This document shows, one piece after another, positions 52,090-61,779 of a DNA stretch of 64,000 nucleotides. The notes beneath the pieces were generated by a model. The model was not told the origin of the DNA, ran no database searches, and worked only from the letters and a program-made list of their open reading frames with translations. The DNA comes from an uncultured Chloroflexia bacterium. GTDB lineage: Bacteria > Chloroflexota > Limnocylindria > Limnocylindrales > CSP1-4. How positions within the stretch are numbered: the first letter of the stretch is position 1; every line of letters starts with the position of its first letter. The stretch lies in assembly GCA_963752475.1 (NCBI GenBank), contig CAVVYR010000001.1, positions 160,001-224,000 of the forward strand, written 5' to 3'. Made by a program: the position numbers and the translations under genes.

Positions 52090-53148
52090 TCAAGCGGCGA
52101 GCGTGACGGGCCATGTCGCAGCGACCCCAGTGGCACGTTCGTCTGCCTGGAGATGGCGGAAGACCACGTCGGAGAGCCGCCGCCGCAAGAGGCGCAGGGC
52201 CTCGGTCTTGGTGGCACCGGCGGCAATGCGGCCCTCGACGTAGGCGCGTCCGTCGTCGCCCACGCCCCGCAACTGGGTGACCGCGATCCGGTGCAGCGCC
52301 GCGTTGACCTGACGGTTCCCGCCGCGGCTCAGTCGGTACCTGGGGCTGTCGCCGGACCACACGGGGATCGGCGCGGTCCCGTTCCAGCGGGCGAAGGCGG
52401 CCTTGGAGCGGAAGCGGCCCACGCCGGCGGCCTCGCCGACGATCTTGGCCGCCGAGAGCGCGCCGCAGCCGGGCAGCGCGAGCAGCGAGGGCGCCAGGCG
52501 ACGCACGATGCCGGTGATCCGGGCCTCGAGCTCGTTGGCCCGACGGGTGGACTCCCGGCAGCGGACCACGAGTTCACGAGCGATGTCGGCCACGGGGCCC
52601 GCGACGCCAGCGAGGCGCTCGTCGAGCTCATCGAGGACATGCTGCCGACGCAGGGCCTTGGGCGGGATCTCGAGTCCCGGGAAGAGTTCGTGGAGGTGCC
52701 AGCGTAGCCGGCTCTGCATCCTCGTCCGCTCGGCCACGAGGTCCTCGCGGTGATCGACGAGGAGGCGCAGCGCACGGGCCTCGCCGTCGAGACGAGCGAC
52801 CGGGAGCTCCGGCTCGCGGAGGGCGGCACGAGCGACCGCCAGGGCGTCGATCGGATCGGACTTGCCTCGCTCGCGGCCATTCCGGCGGGCCTCGGCCATG
52901 AGGCGGGGCGGCACCCGGACCGCGGCCTCGCCAGCCCGCAGGAGATCGACCTCCAACCGGCGCGTCAGGTGCCGGCAGTCCTCGACCGCGAAGAGGCGCT
53001 CATGCCACTGCGCCGCCCACTCGACGGCCTGGAGATGGCCGTCAGGCGTCGCCGCGACGGTCCTCTCGGCGAGCCTGCGCCCCGCCCTATCGATGGCTAC
53101 GAGCGTGTGGGTGCGCTTGTGCGCGTCGACTCCGATGGTCACTCTCAT
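52090..53148 (-). CDS. IS110 DEDD recombinase/transposase
   Basis: IGVDAHK, AVED, KSDPIDA (DEDD); GTAPIPVWSG (Tnp Ser); GGNRQVNAALH. Confidence 0.95.
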   Translation of the reverse strand: MRVTIGVDAHKRTHTLVAIDRAGRRLAERTVAATPDGHLQAVEWAAQWHERLFAVEDCRHLTRRLEVDLLRAGEAAVRVPPRLMAEARRNGRERGKSDPIDALAVARAALREPELPVARLDGEARALRLLVDHREDLVAERTRMQSRLRWHLHELFPGLEIPPKALRRQHVLDELDERLAGVAGPVADIARELVVRCRESTRRANELEARITGIVRRLAPSLLALPGCGALSAAKIVGEAAGVGRFRSKAAFARWNGTAPIPVWSGDSPRYRLSRGGNRQVNAALHRIAVTQLRGVGDDGRAYVEGRIAAGATKTEALRLLRRRLSDVVFRHLQADERATGVAATWPVTLAA

Positions 53149-53179
53149 CCCGGACCTCCCTCTATGTTCTCTCGACGAA

Positions 53180-53342
53180 GCGTCGCGGGCCGGACGGGGA
53201 CACGCCTTTCTCGAGGTCTCGACCAGGCTCCTATCAAGTCACTCCGAGCGGCCCGACTGCGCCCGGCAGGTGGCACAACGCGGAGAAGTTACGGGCCGAT
53301 GCGGCCGGGGACAGCGAAGAAACGAGCCAACCTGCCGGGCAG
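53180..53342 (-). ncRNA. Predicted IS110 bridge RNA (target-binding and donor-binding loops)
   Basis: Two stem-loops whose internal loops match the target flanks (TTTCTTCGC, CTCCGC) and the element ends (ATAGGAGC, AGAAA). Confidence 0.8.
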
Positions 53343-53733
53343 CGCCGACGATGACAGAAACGCGAAGAAAGCCGATGCGCTCTTGAGGATCTCGTTGGCC
53401 CGCCGCAGCTCGCGGTTCTCCCGTTCGAGCTCCTTGAGGCGCTCGGCCTCTTCGCTGGTGGTGCCGGGGCGATGGCCCCGGTCGATCTCGGCCTGGACGA
53501 CCCAGCGGCGCAGGGACTCGGGGCCGATGCCCAGCTCGTTCGCGATGCGGGTGATCGTGCCGAAGCGCTCCTCGCCCCGGTCGTACGAGTCGAGGACCAT
53601 GCGGATGGCCCGGTGCTTCAGCTCGGGTGGGTACTGACGCGGGCTGGACCGCCCGGTGCTGCTGCTGTCGTTGTCAGCCATGACTCCATGTTCCTCCAAC
53701 TGCTGGAGTCTCCATCGAAGTCAGGGCGGTTCA

Positions 53734-53929
53734 CCGAGCGCAGCGCGACAAACGGGACGGCCTCATCGACGAGGCACAAGCGGGTGGTTGATCCGTCCGC
53801 CTGGGTCGCGAACAGACTTCCGCGAAGGATGTCGACCCAGAGAAGCCTCTCCCCACGCTGGTCCCAGACAGGCCCTTCACGCAGCTCTGCTCCAGCGGCG
53901 ACGAGTACCTGCGCTGTCACTTCGTGCAT
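53734..53929 (-). pseudogene. SMP-30/gluconolactonase N-terminal fragment cut by IS3
   Basis: ELREGPVWD..LLWVDI. Confidence 0.75.
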
Positions 53930-54106
53930 CGGTCCATCCCTCGGCTGGTACGTGACACCTGGATAACGGGAAACGATAGGCGATACGGCCCACAGCGCTC
54001 CCCTACTCGGTGGCAGTCAACGACAAGTTGTGCGGCCTCGCGACCGCAATGGGCCGCAGGATCGATCTCATTGGGCCGGCGCTGGCACGACGGTCCGCGG
54101 TGCTGC

Positions 54107-54360
54107 CTATGCATCACGCAGGTGAGCCAGCCAGTAGACGGCACCTACGAGGTCGGTGCCACCCACGATGTTGCCAAGCGTGACCGGGGCAAGGTTCGAT
54201 ACGAGCCCAGGCATGTCGACGGCTGCGTACGCGTCGGCCGTTGCACCCAGCTCAGTCCAGAAGGGCTCGGGCGCGAATGCTCGGATGAGCATCGCGACAG
54301 GGATGAAGTACATGTTCGCGACCGAGTGTTCGAAGCCCATGACCACGAACGCCACGATCG
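54107..54360 (-). pseudogene. Formate/nitrite transporter C-terminal fragment
   Basis: GFEHSVANMYF, VTLGNIVGG. Confidence 0.8.
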
Positions 54361-54363
54361 GCT

Positions 54364-54714
54364 GTGGCCGAGGTGCGCGAGGAGGTAGTGGAGACCGAGC
54401 GCGGTTCGGCCTTCATCAGCGGTGTGAGCAAGCACGTCGATCCGGCTCTCAACGACGTTTGGACCGTACCGGGTGAGGAGCACCTCATCGATGAGTGGCG
54501 GGCAGCGGATCTGGCCGAATCCGAACGTATCGACCCCATGACGCACTACCACGCGCTTCAGATATGCGACTTCATGAACGCAGTCGTGACTGGCCGGCCT
54601 CCGCACGTTACCGGGCATGATGGCCGGGCGGCGGTTGAGCTGATCACCGCGATCTACGAAGCCCACCGTTCAAGATCGATGGTGGAACTCGGCACTCCTC
54701 CACGTTCCGACTGA
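54364..54714 (+). pseudogene. Gfo/Idh/MocA oxidoreductase C-terminal fragment
   Basis: HALQICDF..PHVTGHDGRAAVELITAIY. Confidence 0.7.
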
Positions 54715-54745
54715 CCAGGTCACCTCCAGCCTGGTCAGTCGGAAC
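54704..54745. terminator. Perfect 16-bp stem hairpin
   Basis: GTTCCGACTGACCAGG-N10-CCTGGTCAGTCGGAAC. Confidence 0.65.
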
Positions 54746-54781
54746 ACTCCCAGGCTTGCCCGCCCGGTTGCGGCTAGCCGC

Positions 54782-54935
54782 TCAACCGCTCGCGAGCAGT
54801 TCGTCCATCCGCTCGGCAGCAGAGCGCCCCAACGCCGGGGTCACGTGCGCGTACGTGTTCATCGTCAGGCCGATCTGGCTGTGGCCGAGCAACTCCATCA
54901 CTACCCGCGGGGCGACACCCTGGGCCAGCAGCAGT
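54782..54935 (-). pseudogene. Second tyrosine integrase C-terminal remnant
   Basis: LLLAQGVAPRVVMELLGHSQIGLTMNTYAHV. Confidence 0.82.
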
Positions 54936-55111
54936 GGCCGGCTCCACATCAGGCGTCAACGACCACGGGGTCGCTTGCGACGCTTCCATAGAGATACTTG
55001 CGGTACAGACGAAGGAGTATTTGCGACGTTCGTAGAGAGGCAGTCGCGGACGATGAGCAGTGCGGCACGGTGGAACCCCGGAGAAGCCCGCGATCACGTG
55101 TGTCCTCGACA

Positions 55112-55158
55112 TTCGCAAACAGCAGATCCTCGGTTCAGATCCGAGTGTCGGCACCACT
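55112..55158 (+). repeat. attR: degenerate copy of the tRNA-Thr 3' half
   Basis: TTCGCAAACAGCAGATCCTCGGTTCAGATCCGAGTGTCGGCACCACT versus 32488-32534. Confidence 0.85.
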
Positions 55159-55339
55159 CCTCACGCGTGAAGCGACCACCGAATGCTCATCGGAGCGCCG
55201 GAGGTCGGTCGTTGTACGGTCGGCGGCGTTTCGCTTCGCCTCCTCGCCGACGCGTGTATACACGTTCATCGTGGATCAGATACGGCGGCACCCGAGGGCT
55301 GCAGCGATCAGACCACTCCGCGCGAGCACGGCGTAGAGT

Positions 55340-55548
55340 GCTTTTCGGACGCGCTGACCGCAGCCAAGCTCGTCAGCGAGGTCGCCAGGATCGGTCGCTT
55401 CAGGAGCCGCGCCGCCTTCGCGCGCCACAACGGCTCGGCGCCGACGCCTCGGCGACGCGGTCTACCGCTGCATGCGCGAGACACGGCGCTAGAGTGCCAC
55501 AGCGACCAGCCAGACCGACCTGGCACAGGCCGCTTGACATAGGAGCAA
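55340..55548 (+). pseudogene. IS110 remnant with conserved right end
   Basis: ALTAAKLVSEVARIGRFRSRAAFARHNGSAP; GCCGCTTGACATAGGAGCAA identical to the intact element end. Confidence 0.8.
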
Positions 55549-55551
55549 CCA

Positions 55552-56313
55552 ATGGCACCTACGACCGGGGACGTCGGCAAGGGCACGCTGCCACTGCTCG
55601 ACGACCGCCCAGAGCGCCTGCTCGTCATCGTCGCCCATCCCGACGACGCCGACTTCGGCATCGCCGGCAGCGTGGCCGCTTGGGTCGGGGAGGGCAGCGT
55701 GGCGCAGCTCGTCTGCTGCACCAGCGGGGACGCCGGCGCCGACGACGCCGACACCGACCCGCTCGAGGTGGCTCGCCTGCGCGAGACCGAGCAGCGCGCC
55801 GCGGCCGACATCGTAGGCTACGAGTCGGTCACCTTCCTGCACCGTCCCGATGGCGCGCTGGCCAACGACCTGGCGCTGCGCGAGCAGCTCGTGCGCATCC
55901 TGCGGCGCTTCCGGCCCGACGCGGTGGCGACGTCCGACCCGCGCGCCTTGTTCCACGCCGGCCGCATGGTCAACCACGTCGATCATCGTACCGCCGGCGC
56001 CGCCGCCGTCGATGCGGTCTATCCCGCGGCCGAGAACGCCATGGCCTTCCCTCACCTGACCACGGCCGAGGGCCTCGCCAAGCACCACATCGGGCGCATC
56101 TTCCTCTTCTGGAGCGACGAGCCCGATGTCGCGGTCGACATCAGCGCCACGCTCGCGACCAAGCGCCGCGCCGTCCGTGCGCACGCTTCGCAGCTGCGGG
56201 AGCCCGCGTCGGTCGACGAGATGCTGGGGCAGTGGGCCGCGAGCGAGGGAGCGCGGGCGGGCGTCGACGCGGCCGAGACCTTCGCCCTCGTGGACATGCG
56301 CCGCGACGGCTGA
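55552..56313 (+). CDS. PIG-L/LmbE family deacetylase
   Basis: VAHPDDADFG, TSGDAG, NHVDH, AHASQ. Confidence 0.9.
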   Translation: MAPTTGDVGKGTLPLLDDRPERLLVIVAHPDDADFGIAGSVAAWVGEGSVAQLVCCTSGDAGADDADTDPLEVARLRETEQRAAADIVGYESVTFLHRPDGALANDLALREQLVRILRRFRPDAVATSDPRALFHAGRMVNHVDHRTAGAAAVDAVYPAAENAMAFPHLTTAEGLAKHHIGRIFLFWSDEPDVAVDISATLATKRRAVRAHASQLREPASVDEMLGQWAASEGARAGVDAAETFALVDMRRDG

Positions 56314-56522
56314 GGCTGCTCCGCTCGCGGCCCGAGGATGGGCACGAGCTGGTTGATGGCGAGCTCCGGCGCCCGCGCTGCGAGGAAGGCGCAGGCATCC
56401 GCGACGAATGACCTGAGCGTCAGCACACCGCCCCCCTGCCCGGTTCTCTTGGTTCGAGCGTGGATGCCGTCATCGGCGGGCGCTGCGGCGCTGGCCGCGT
56501 GTCGAGTTGGACGACTCGTGCC

Positions 56523-57159
56523 CTACGACTCGGCCTCGAGCGCCTCGGGTGGTATGTCGATAGTGTCGGACGTACCGAATTCGAGGAGCTCGTAGCGCAC
56601 ATGGAACTCGCCATCGACGTAGCCGCGCCCGGTCGCCGACACCTCGAGGGCGATCAACTCGGGGGTCCAGCACGGCTCAACCCAGAACGTCGCGCTAAGC
56701 GTGTCGGTATCTCGCGTGAGCCCGGGATCGAGCGAGGCGATGGCATCAAGACCGAGCTCATAGACCTCGACCGACCGACCAGCGACCTCGGTCTCCGCGA
56801 TGGGGTCGAATTCGTCGACCAGATCGGGTAGCCACAGGTCGTCGACGAAGGGACGGTAGGTCAGGGAACCCAGGATGCCGTCCACGTCCTCTTGCCAGCC
56901 TCCGCCCGCCTCGCGCCAGTAGGCGGAGCCGCCTTGTACCCAGAGCGTGTCGATGGCGGCATCCTCGGGCTCTCGAAAGCGGACCGTCCACTGCCGCGGG
57001 TCCGCGTCGAGCCGATGGAGCTCCTCGATCGATGAGATGGCCGCACTGTCGTGGAGGTGTTCGTAGCGACTGCGGTACGAGCCCAGCGTCGCGATAGGTC
57101 TCAAGCGAGCTCGCCACGGCCGACGCCGGCACGGTGACGATGACGGCCAGCGCCAGCAT
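56523..57159 (-). CDS. Secreted hypothetical protein (LppX/LolA-like; frameshift near 57095)
   Basis: Signal-like MLALAVIVTVPASAVA, then an acidic beta-rich domain ending IDIPPEA. Confidence 0.45.
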
Positions 57160-57185
57160 GGCGGCCCTGGCGATGTCGAACGCTC

Positions 57186-57294
57186 CCGGCCTGAGCAGCC
57201 CCTACTCGCGCGCGAGCATGGCGGCCACCGCGCGGGTGGACACGCCGGTCGAGAAAGCAGCGAGGACGTCAGCAAGGCGAAGACGAGCGACCAC
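57186..57294 (-). pseudogene. Possible collapsed HD-GYP/LuxR regulator remnant
   Basis: RLRLADVLAAFS fused to GVSTRAVAAMLARE*GLL. Confidence 0.35.
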
Positions 57295-57394
57295 GCCTCA
57301 TCCTCTCGCGGAGGGCGTGGTCGAGGGGTCCGGGTGCCTCGACCCTGCCGAGGCCAGGCCATCTGCCGGGTGAGCGGGCACAGCGGCGCCACGC

Positions 57395-58153
57395 TTAGGT
57401 GTGGGCGATGAGGTCGAGTGCGACCGCGTAGACCTCGTCCTCGGCGCGCTCGAAGGCCGCCTGCAGTTCCTGCGCCAACGGGTCCATGAACGAGCGTCCG
57501 GAGAGGATCTCGTCCCAGGCCACGAGCATCGAGACACCCGCCGCTCCGAAGGCCTGCGCCACCGCGAGCGTCGTGGCCGTCTCCATATCGACGCCCAGGA
57601 AGCCCTGCTCGGACCACTCTCGCACGTGGCTCAGTGGCTGGTTGAAGAGCGTCGGCCAGGTCACGCTCGGACCGCGATGAGCCGACACACCACGCAGCTC
57701 GAGCGCAGTTGCAGCGCGCGTGGACCATGCTAACGACGAGGCCACCCGAGCGTCTGCCGCGTACAGCGCCGTGGTCCCGTCCAGCCCCAGCGCCGCGCTC
57801 GGAACGACCACGTCTCCTGGGCGGACGCCGGCTGCGAGCACCCCGCAGGTGCCGATCTGGATCGCCAGCCGGGCACCGACGAGGGCCGCCACGTGCACCA
57901 CCTCGGCGGTCCGCGGAGCACCGTAGGGACAGGCGTAGATGAGCCATCGACCCGCGGACGACCCCAGGAAGACGTCCGGGATCCCCAACTCGCGCACGGA
58001 CTCCAGCCGCGTCAGACGGCGCCGCGTGTGCGCATCGCGCCACCAGGTGCCCTCCACGATGACCGCCACCGGATGCTCATCGTCAGCCAGCCCGAGCACC
58101 GTCCGCCAGGCGGCTCCGTCGACCTCACCGACAGGGCCCAGCTCAGGGCTCAC
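57395..58153 (-). CDS. Nucleoside phosphorylase (PNP/UDP family 1)
   Basis: YGAP, IQIGTCG, PGDVVVP, GVDMETA. Confidence 0.82.
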   Translation of the reverse strand: MSPELGPVGEVDGAAWRTVLGLADDEHPVAVIVEGTWWRDAHTRRRLTRLESVRELGIPDVFLGSSAGRWLIYACPYGAPRTAEVVHVAALVGARLAIQIGTCGVLAAGVRPGDVVVPSAALGLDGTTALYAADARVASSLAWSTRAATALELRGVSAHRGPSVTWPTLFNQPLSHVREWSEQGFLGVDMETATTLAVAQAFGAAGVSMLVAWDEILSGRSFMDPLAQELQAAFERAEDEVYAVALDLIAHT

Positions 58154-58710
58154 GCGGCGTCCATCGCGAGCGGGAACCGCACCTCGGTCTTCCACGACCC
58201 AGGGGCGCTCGACCCGGACATCAGCCAGGCCTCAGTGGCGGTACACGCGATGGGAAGGTGTGGCTCGAGGGCACGGGCCGCTTCCTCCAGCCGCTCGCGC
58301 GGCTCGGATACCCCGATGGTGAGATGCGGTGGCACGAGTCCGGGCAGGTCGCCATACGGACGCAGCGTCGGCCACTGCTCCATGACGCTCGCGGTCAGGT
58401 GGCGGAAGAGCGCATCGGGCTCGGGTGCCAGCCACACGACCCGGTCGTCGAACCACCTGACCTCGGTCAACTCGAAACCGAATGCCGGCACCGACCCGAA
58501 GATGGCCGCGAGGGACGAGCGCACGCCGTCGTCGATATCCGAGAGGGGCAGGAACGGATACTCCACCGTCACGTGGGTGGGCATGCCGCGCGACGAGAAC
58601 GGATCCAGCCGCTCGCGCCACGGCTCGACCTCGGCCATCGCTTCGGCCACCGGCACGATGAGGCTGGTCTCGACCTCGGTCGAGATGTCGTCCCGGCTGG
58701 CGACCTTCAT
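58150..58710 (-). CDS. 2H phosphoesterase (2'-5' RNA ligase family)
   Basis: Two HxT motifs: PTHVTV, PPHLTI. Confidence 0.85.
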   Translation of the reverse strand: MKVASRDDISTEVETSLIVPVAEAMAEVEPWRERLDPFSSRGMPTHVTVEYPFLPLSDIDDGVRSSLAAIFGSVPAFGFELTEVRWFDDRVVWLAPEPDALFRHLTASVMEQWPTLRPYGDLPGLVPPHLTIGVSEPRERLEEAARALEPHLPIACTATEAWLMSGSSAPGSWKTEVRFPLAMDAA

Positions 58711-58717
58711 GGCCGCG

Positions 58718-59779
58718 TCAGGCCCCAGGTCGGACGGTCCCGGTGCGCGCGTCCGACTCGGCGCCGAGCGTCCGCCGAACCTCGGCCGCGACCTGCTTTG
58801 GTGATGGGATGTAGGCGTCCTCGAGCGGCGGGCTGAAGGGCACGGGCATGTGCGGAGCGGTCACGAGGCCGACCGGACCACGCAGGGCCTCGAAGGCCTC
58901 CGACGCCACGAGCCCGGCGATGTCGGTCGCCAGCGAGCAGCGTGGGTTGGACTCGTCCACGACCACCAGGTGTCCGGTCTTGCGCACCGAACCGATGATG
59001 GTCTCGAGATCGAGCGGAGACATCGTACGCGGGTCGATGACCTCCACGGACACGCCCTCCTGAGCCAGCCCTTCGGCCGCCTCGACGGCCGTGTGCACCA
59101 TCTTCTGGATACCTACGATCGTCACATCGCTACCCTCGCGCACGACCTTGGCAACGCCGAAGGGGATGGTGTAGGACTCTTCGGGCACCGGACCCTCGCG
59201 CATGTACAGCCGCTTGTGCTCGATGAAGATGACCGGATCGGGGTCCCGGATGGCCTCGATGAGCAGACCTTTCGCGTCGTACGCCGTCGATGGCGCCACC
59301 ACCTTCAGCCCCGGCACGTGGGTGTACAGCGAGTAGAGCGCCTGGCTGTGCTCGGCTCCGGCGCGGAAGCCGGCACCGGCCACGGTGCGCACGACCATGG
59401 GGATCGAGCACTTGCCGCCGTAGAGGTAGCGCATCTTGGCGGCCTGGTTCAGGAGCTGATCGAAGGAGGTGCCGATGAAGTCGATGTACATGATCTCGGC
59501 GATGGGGCGCAGACCGGCATAGGCCGCGCCCACGGAGGCGCCGATGAAGCCGGTCTCGGCGATGGCCGTGTCGATGACCCGCTCGCGTCCGAACTTGGGC
59601 AGCAGGCCCTTCGTGACGCCGAACGGCCCGCCCCAGGCATCGGCGGCTTCGGGATGCTCCTCGTCGCGTCCGGCGCCGCCGGCGATGTCCTCGCCGAAGA
59701 TGATGATCCGCTCGTCGGCGGCCATCTCCTGATGCAACGCCTCGTTGATGGCGTCCTTGATGTTCAGCTGGCGTGTCAT
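58718..59779 (-). CDS. ThDP-dependent dehydrogenase E1 beta (AcoB/PdhB-like)
   Basis: FGEDI, DTAIAE, GAEHSQ, DPVIFIEHK. Confidence 0.92.
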   Translation of the reverse strand: MTRQLNIKDAINEALHQEMAADERIIIFGEDIAGGAGRDEEHPEAADAWGGPFGVTKGLLPKFGRERVIDTAIAETGFIGASVGAAYAGLRPIAEIMYIDFIGTSFDQLLNQAAKMRYLYGGKCSIPMVVRTVAGAGFRAGAEHSQALYSLYTHVPGLKVVAPSTAYDAKGLLIEAIRDPDPVIFIEHKRLYMREGPVPEESYTIPFGVAKVVREGSDVTIVGIQKMVHTAVEAAEGLAQEGVSVEVIDPRTMSPLDLETIIGSVRKTGHLVVVDESNPRCSLATDIAGLVASEAFEALRGPVGLVTAPHMPVPFSPPLEDAYIPSPKQVAAEVRRTLGAESDARTGTVRPGA

Positions 59780-60753
59780 CGGGCTCCCTCCGGCCATGTC
59801 GTGTACACGTCCGCGGTCATGTCCTCGGTGCTGGGCCAGGGTGCGCCTCGCGCGGCCTCCCAGGCGGCGTCCACGTCCCGCATCGCCCCCTCGTCGATGG
59901 CGTCGAGCTCAGCCGCATCGAGGTGCTCGGCGGTCGCCCGTCGGAAGAACTCCAGCGGGTCCTTGGCGCGCCAACGTTCGACCTCGAAGGGCGGTTTGTA
60001 CGTCTGCGTGTCACCCTCGTACTGGCCGCCATAGCGGTAGGTCATGGCCTCGATGAGCGACGGCCCGCCACCACCCCGAGCGCGTTCGATCGCGCGCTCG
60101 GTGGCTCGTCGGACCTCGAAGATGTCCATGCCGTCGATCTGCTCCGCGGGGATGCCGTAGGGCGTGGCCATGGCCGTGATCGAGGTGGCGTTGAGGTGGT
60201 AGTCGACCGCGGTCGTCTCTGCATAGAGGTTGTTCTCGCAAAAGAAGATGACCGGCACCTGCAGCAAAGCCGCGAAGTCGAGGGCCTCGTGCCATGCACC
60301 CTGGTGGACGGCCCCATCGCCGAAGAAGCTGACCACCACGGAGTCGCGACCCTGGCGCATGAACGCGAGCGCGGCACCGGCGGCGATGGGCAGGCCGGCC
60401 GCCACGATGCCCATGCCTCCGATCATGCCCAGTTCCTGGTCGGCGACGTGCATCGAACCGCCACGTCCGTAGATGACGCCGGACTGCTTGCCCATCAGCT
60501 CGGCGGCCACAGCTTCGAGGGGCATATCGCGAGCGATCGCATGGTGGTGATTGCGGTAGGTCGTGTTGAAGAGATCGTCCTCTCGCAGCAGGCTGATGAC
60601 GCCGACCGCGGTGGCCTCCTCGCCATAGGCGGTGTGCGTGTAGCCCTCGAGCTCCTTTGCCATGGTCAGGTCGTGGACCCGCTCCTCGAAGCGTCGGATG
60701 TTGACCATCCGTCGCCACAGATCGAGCAGCGTGGTCCGATCGGTCTCAGCCAT
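59776..60753 (-). CDS. ThDP-dependent dehydrogenase E1 alpha (AcoA/PdhA-like)
   Basis: GRGGSMH, FGDGA..ENNLYA. Confidence 0.92.
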   Translation of the reverse strand: MAETDRTTLLDLWRRMVNIRRFEERVHDLTMAKELEGYTHTAYGEEATAVGVISLLREDDLFNTTYRNHHHAIARDMPLEAVAAELMGKQSGVIYGRGGSMHVADQELGMIGGMGIVAAGLPIAAGAALAFMRQGRDSVVVSFFGDGAVHQGAWHEALDFAALLQVPVIFFCENNLYAETTAVDYHLNATSITAMATPYGIPAEQIDGMDIFEVRRATERAIERARGGGGPSLIEAMTYRYGGQYEGDTQTYKPPFEVERWRAKDPLEFFRRATAEHLDAAELDAIDEGAMRDVDAAWEAARGAPWPSTEDMTADVYTTWPEGAR

Positions 60754-60795
60754 GGGTGCTCTCCCGCGTGTCGATGCGTGTCTGGACATGAGTGG

Positions 60796-61779
60796 TCATG
60801 ACGCGTCTCCTTTGGGTTGGACTACTGCGTGCTGGAGTGCCTCACCGGCCTGCCAGCGTGCGATGTCATCGAGGATCATGCGGGCGTGGTGTCGCATCAC
60901 GTCGTCGGCGGCGCCGGCCACGTGCGGCGTAATGGTCACGTTGTCGTGAGCCAGGATGGGATGGTCCGGTGCCAGCGGCTCCTCCCAGAAGACATCCAGC
61001 GCGGCGCCGGCGATGGCATGCGAGCGCAGGGCCGCCAGCAAGGCCGCCTCGTCGACGACGGCCGCACGCGCGGTGTTGACCAGGATGGCCTCGGAACGCA
61101 TGAGTCCCAGCTCGCGCTCGCCGATGAGCCCGTGCGTCTCAGGCGTCAGCGGGCAGTGGATCGAGATCACGTCCGAACGCACCAGCAGCTCGTCGAGAGC
61201 CATCAGCTCGACGCCCGGTGGAGCGGGGGCGACAAAGGGGTCAAAGGCCACCACCGACATACCGAAGCCCCGTGCCCGGTCCGCGACGAGGCGGCCGATG
61301 GCACCGAGCCCTACGAGGCCCAGGGTGCGCCCGTCGAGCTCAGGCCCGCGGAAGTGGAAGTAAGGCAGGTCGCCCTCGGTCATCCAACCGTGCTCGCGTA
61401 GCTGGCGTTCCGAGCGGCCGATGCGACGGCAGTGGTCCAGCAGCAGACCCAGCGTGAAGTCGGCCACCGAGATGGCGTTGCGGCCGGGCGTGGCCAGGAC
61501 GGCGATACCGCGGGCGGCGGCCGCGTCGAGATCCACGTTGGTGGGGTTGCCTCGGCAGGAGGCCACGATGCGGACGCTCGGGGCCGCGTCGAGGACGTCG
61601 GCGTCGACCCGCTCGAGCTCGCAGATGAGGACCACCGTGCCTTCGAGCGCAGCCGCCAGCTCGTCGCTGGTCATGGCCTCGCGGGTCACGCCCCAGCCGG
61701 CGTGCACCGGTTCGTATCCGAGGGCTGCCAGCTCATCGAGCCCCTCGAGCGGGAACTCCGCCGTGACCAGCGCCTTCAT
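60796..61779 (-). CDS. D-isomer-specific 2-hydroxyacid dehydrogenase
   Basis: TPGRNA, GLGAIG, NTARA, TPHVAG. Confidence 0.9.
   Translation of the reverse strand: MKALVTAEFPLEGLDELAALGYEPVHAGWGVTREAMTSDELAAALEGTVVLICELERVDADVLDAAPSVRIVASCRGNPTNVDLDAAAARGIAVLATPGRNAISVADFTLGLLLDHCRRIGRSERQLREHGWMTEGDLPYFHFRGPELDGRTLGLVGLGAIGRLVADRARGFGMSVVAFDPFVAPAPPGVELMALDELLVRSDVISIHCPLTPETHGLIGERELGLMRSEAILVNTARAAVVDEAALLAALRSHAIAGAALDVFWEEPLAPDHPILAHDNVTITPHVAGAADDVMRHHARMILDDIARWQAGEALQHAVVQPKGDAS

Noticed and set aside
55112-55158. Second tRNA gene
   Set aside because: Only the 3' half is present; it is the att duplication.
54756-56411. 551-aa ORF and similar long overlapping ORFs (13445-15067, 43512-44855, 26713-28068)
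   Set aside because: Arg/Pro/Ala-rich shadow frames of real genes, typical of high-GC DNA.
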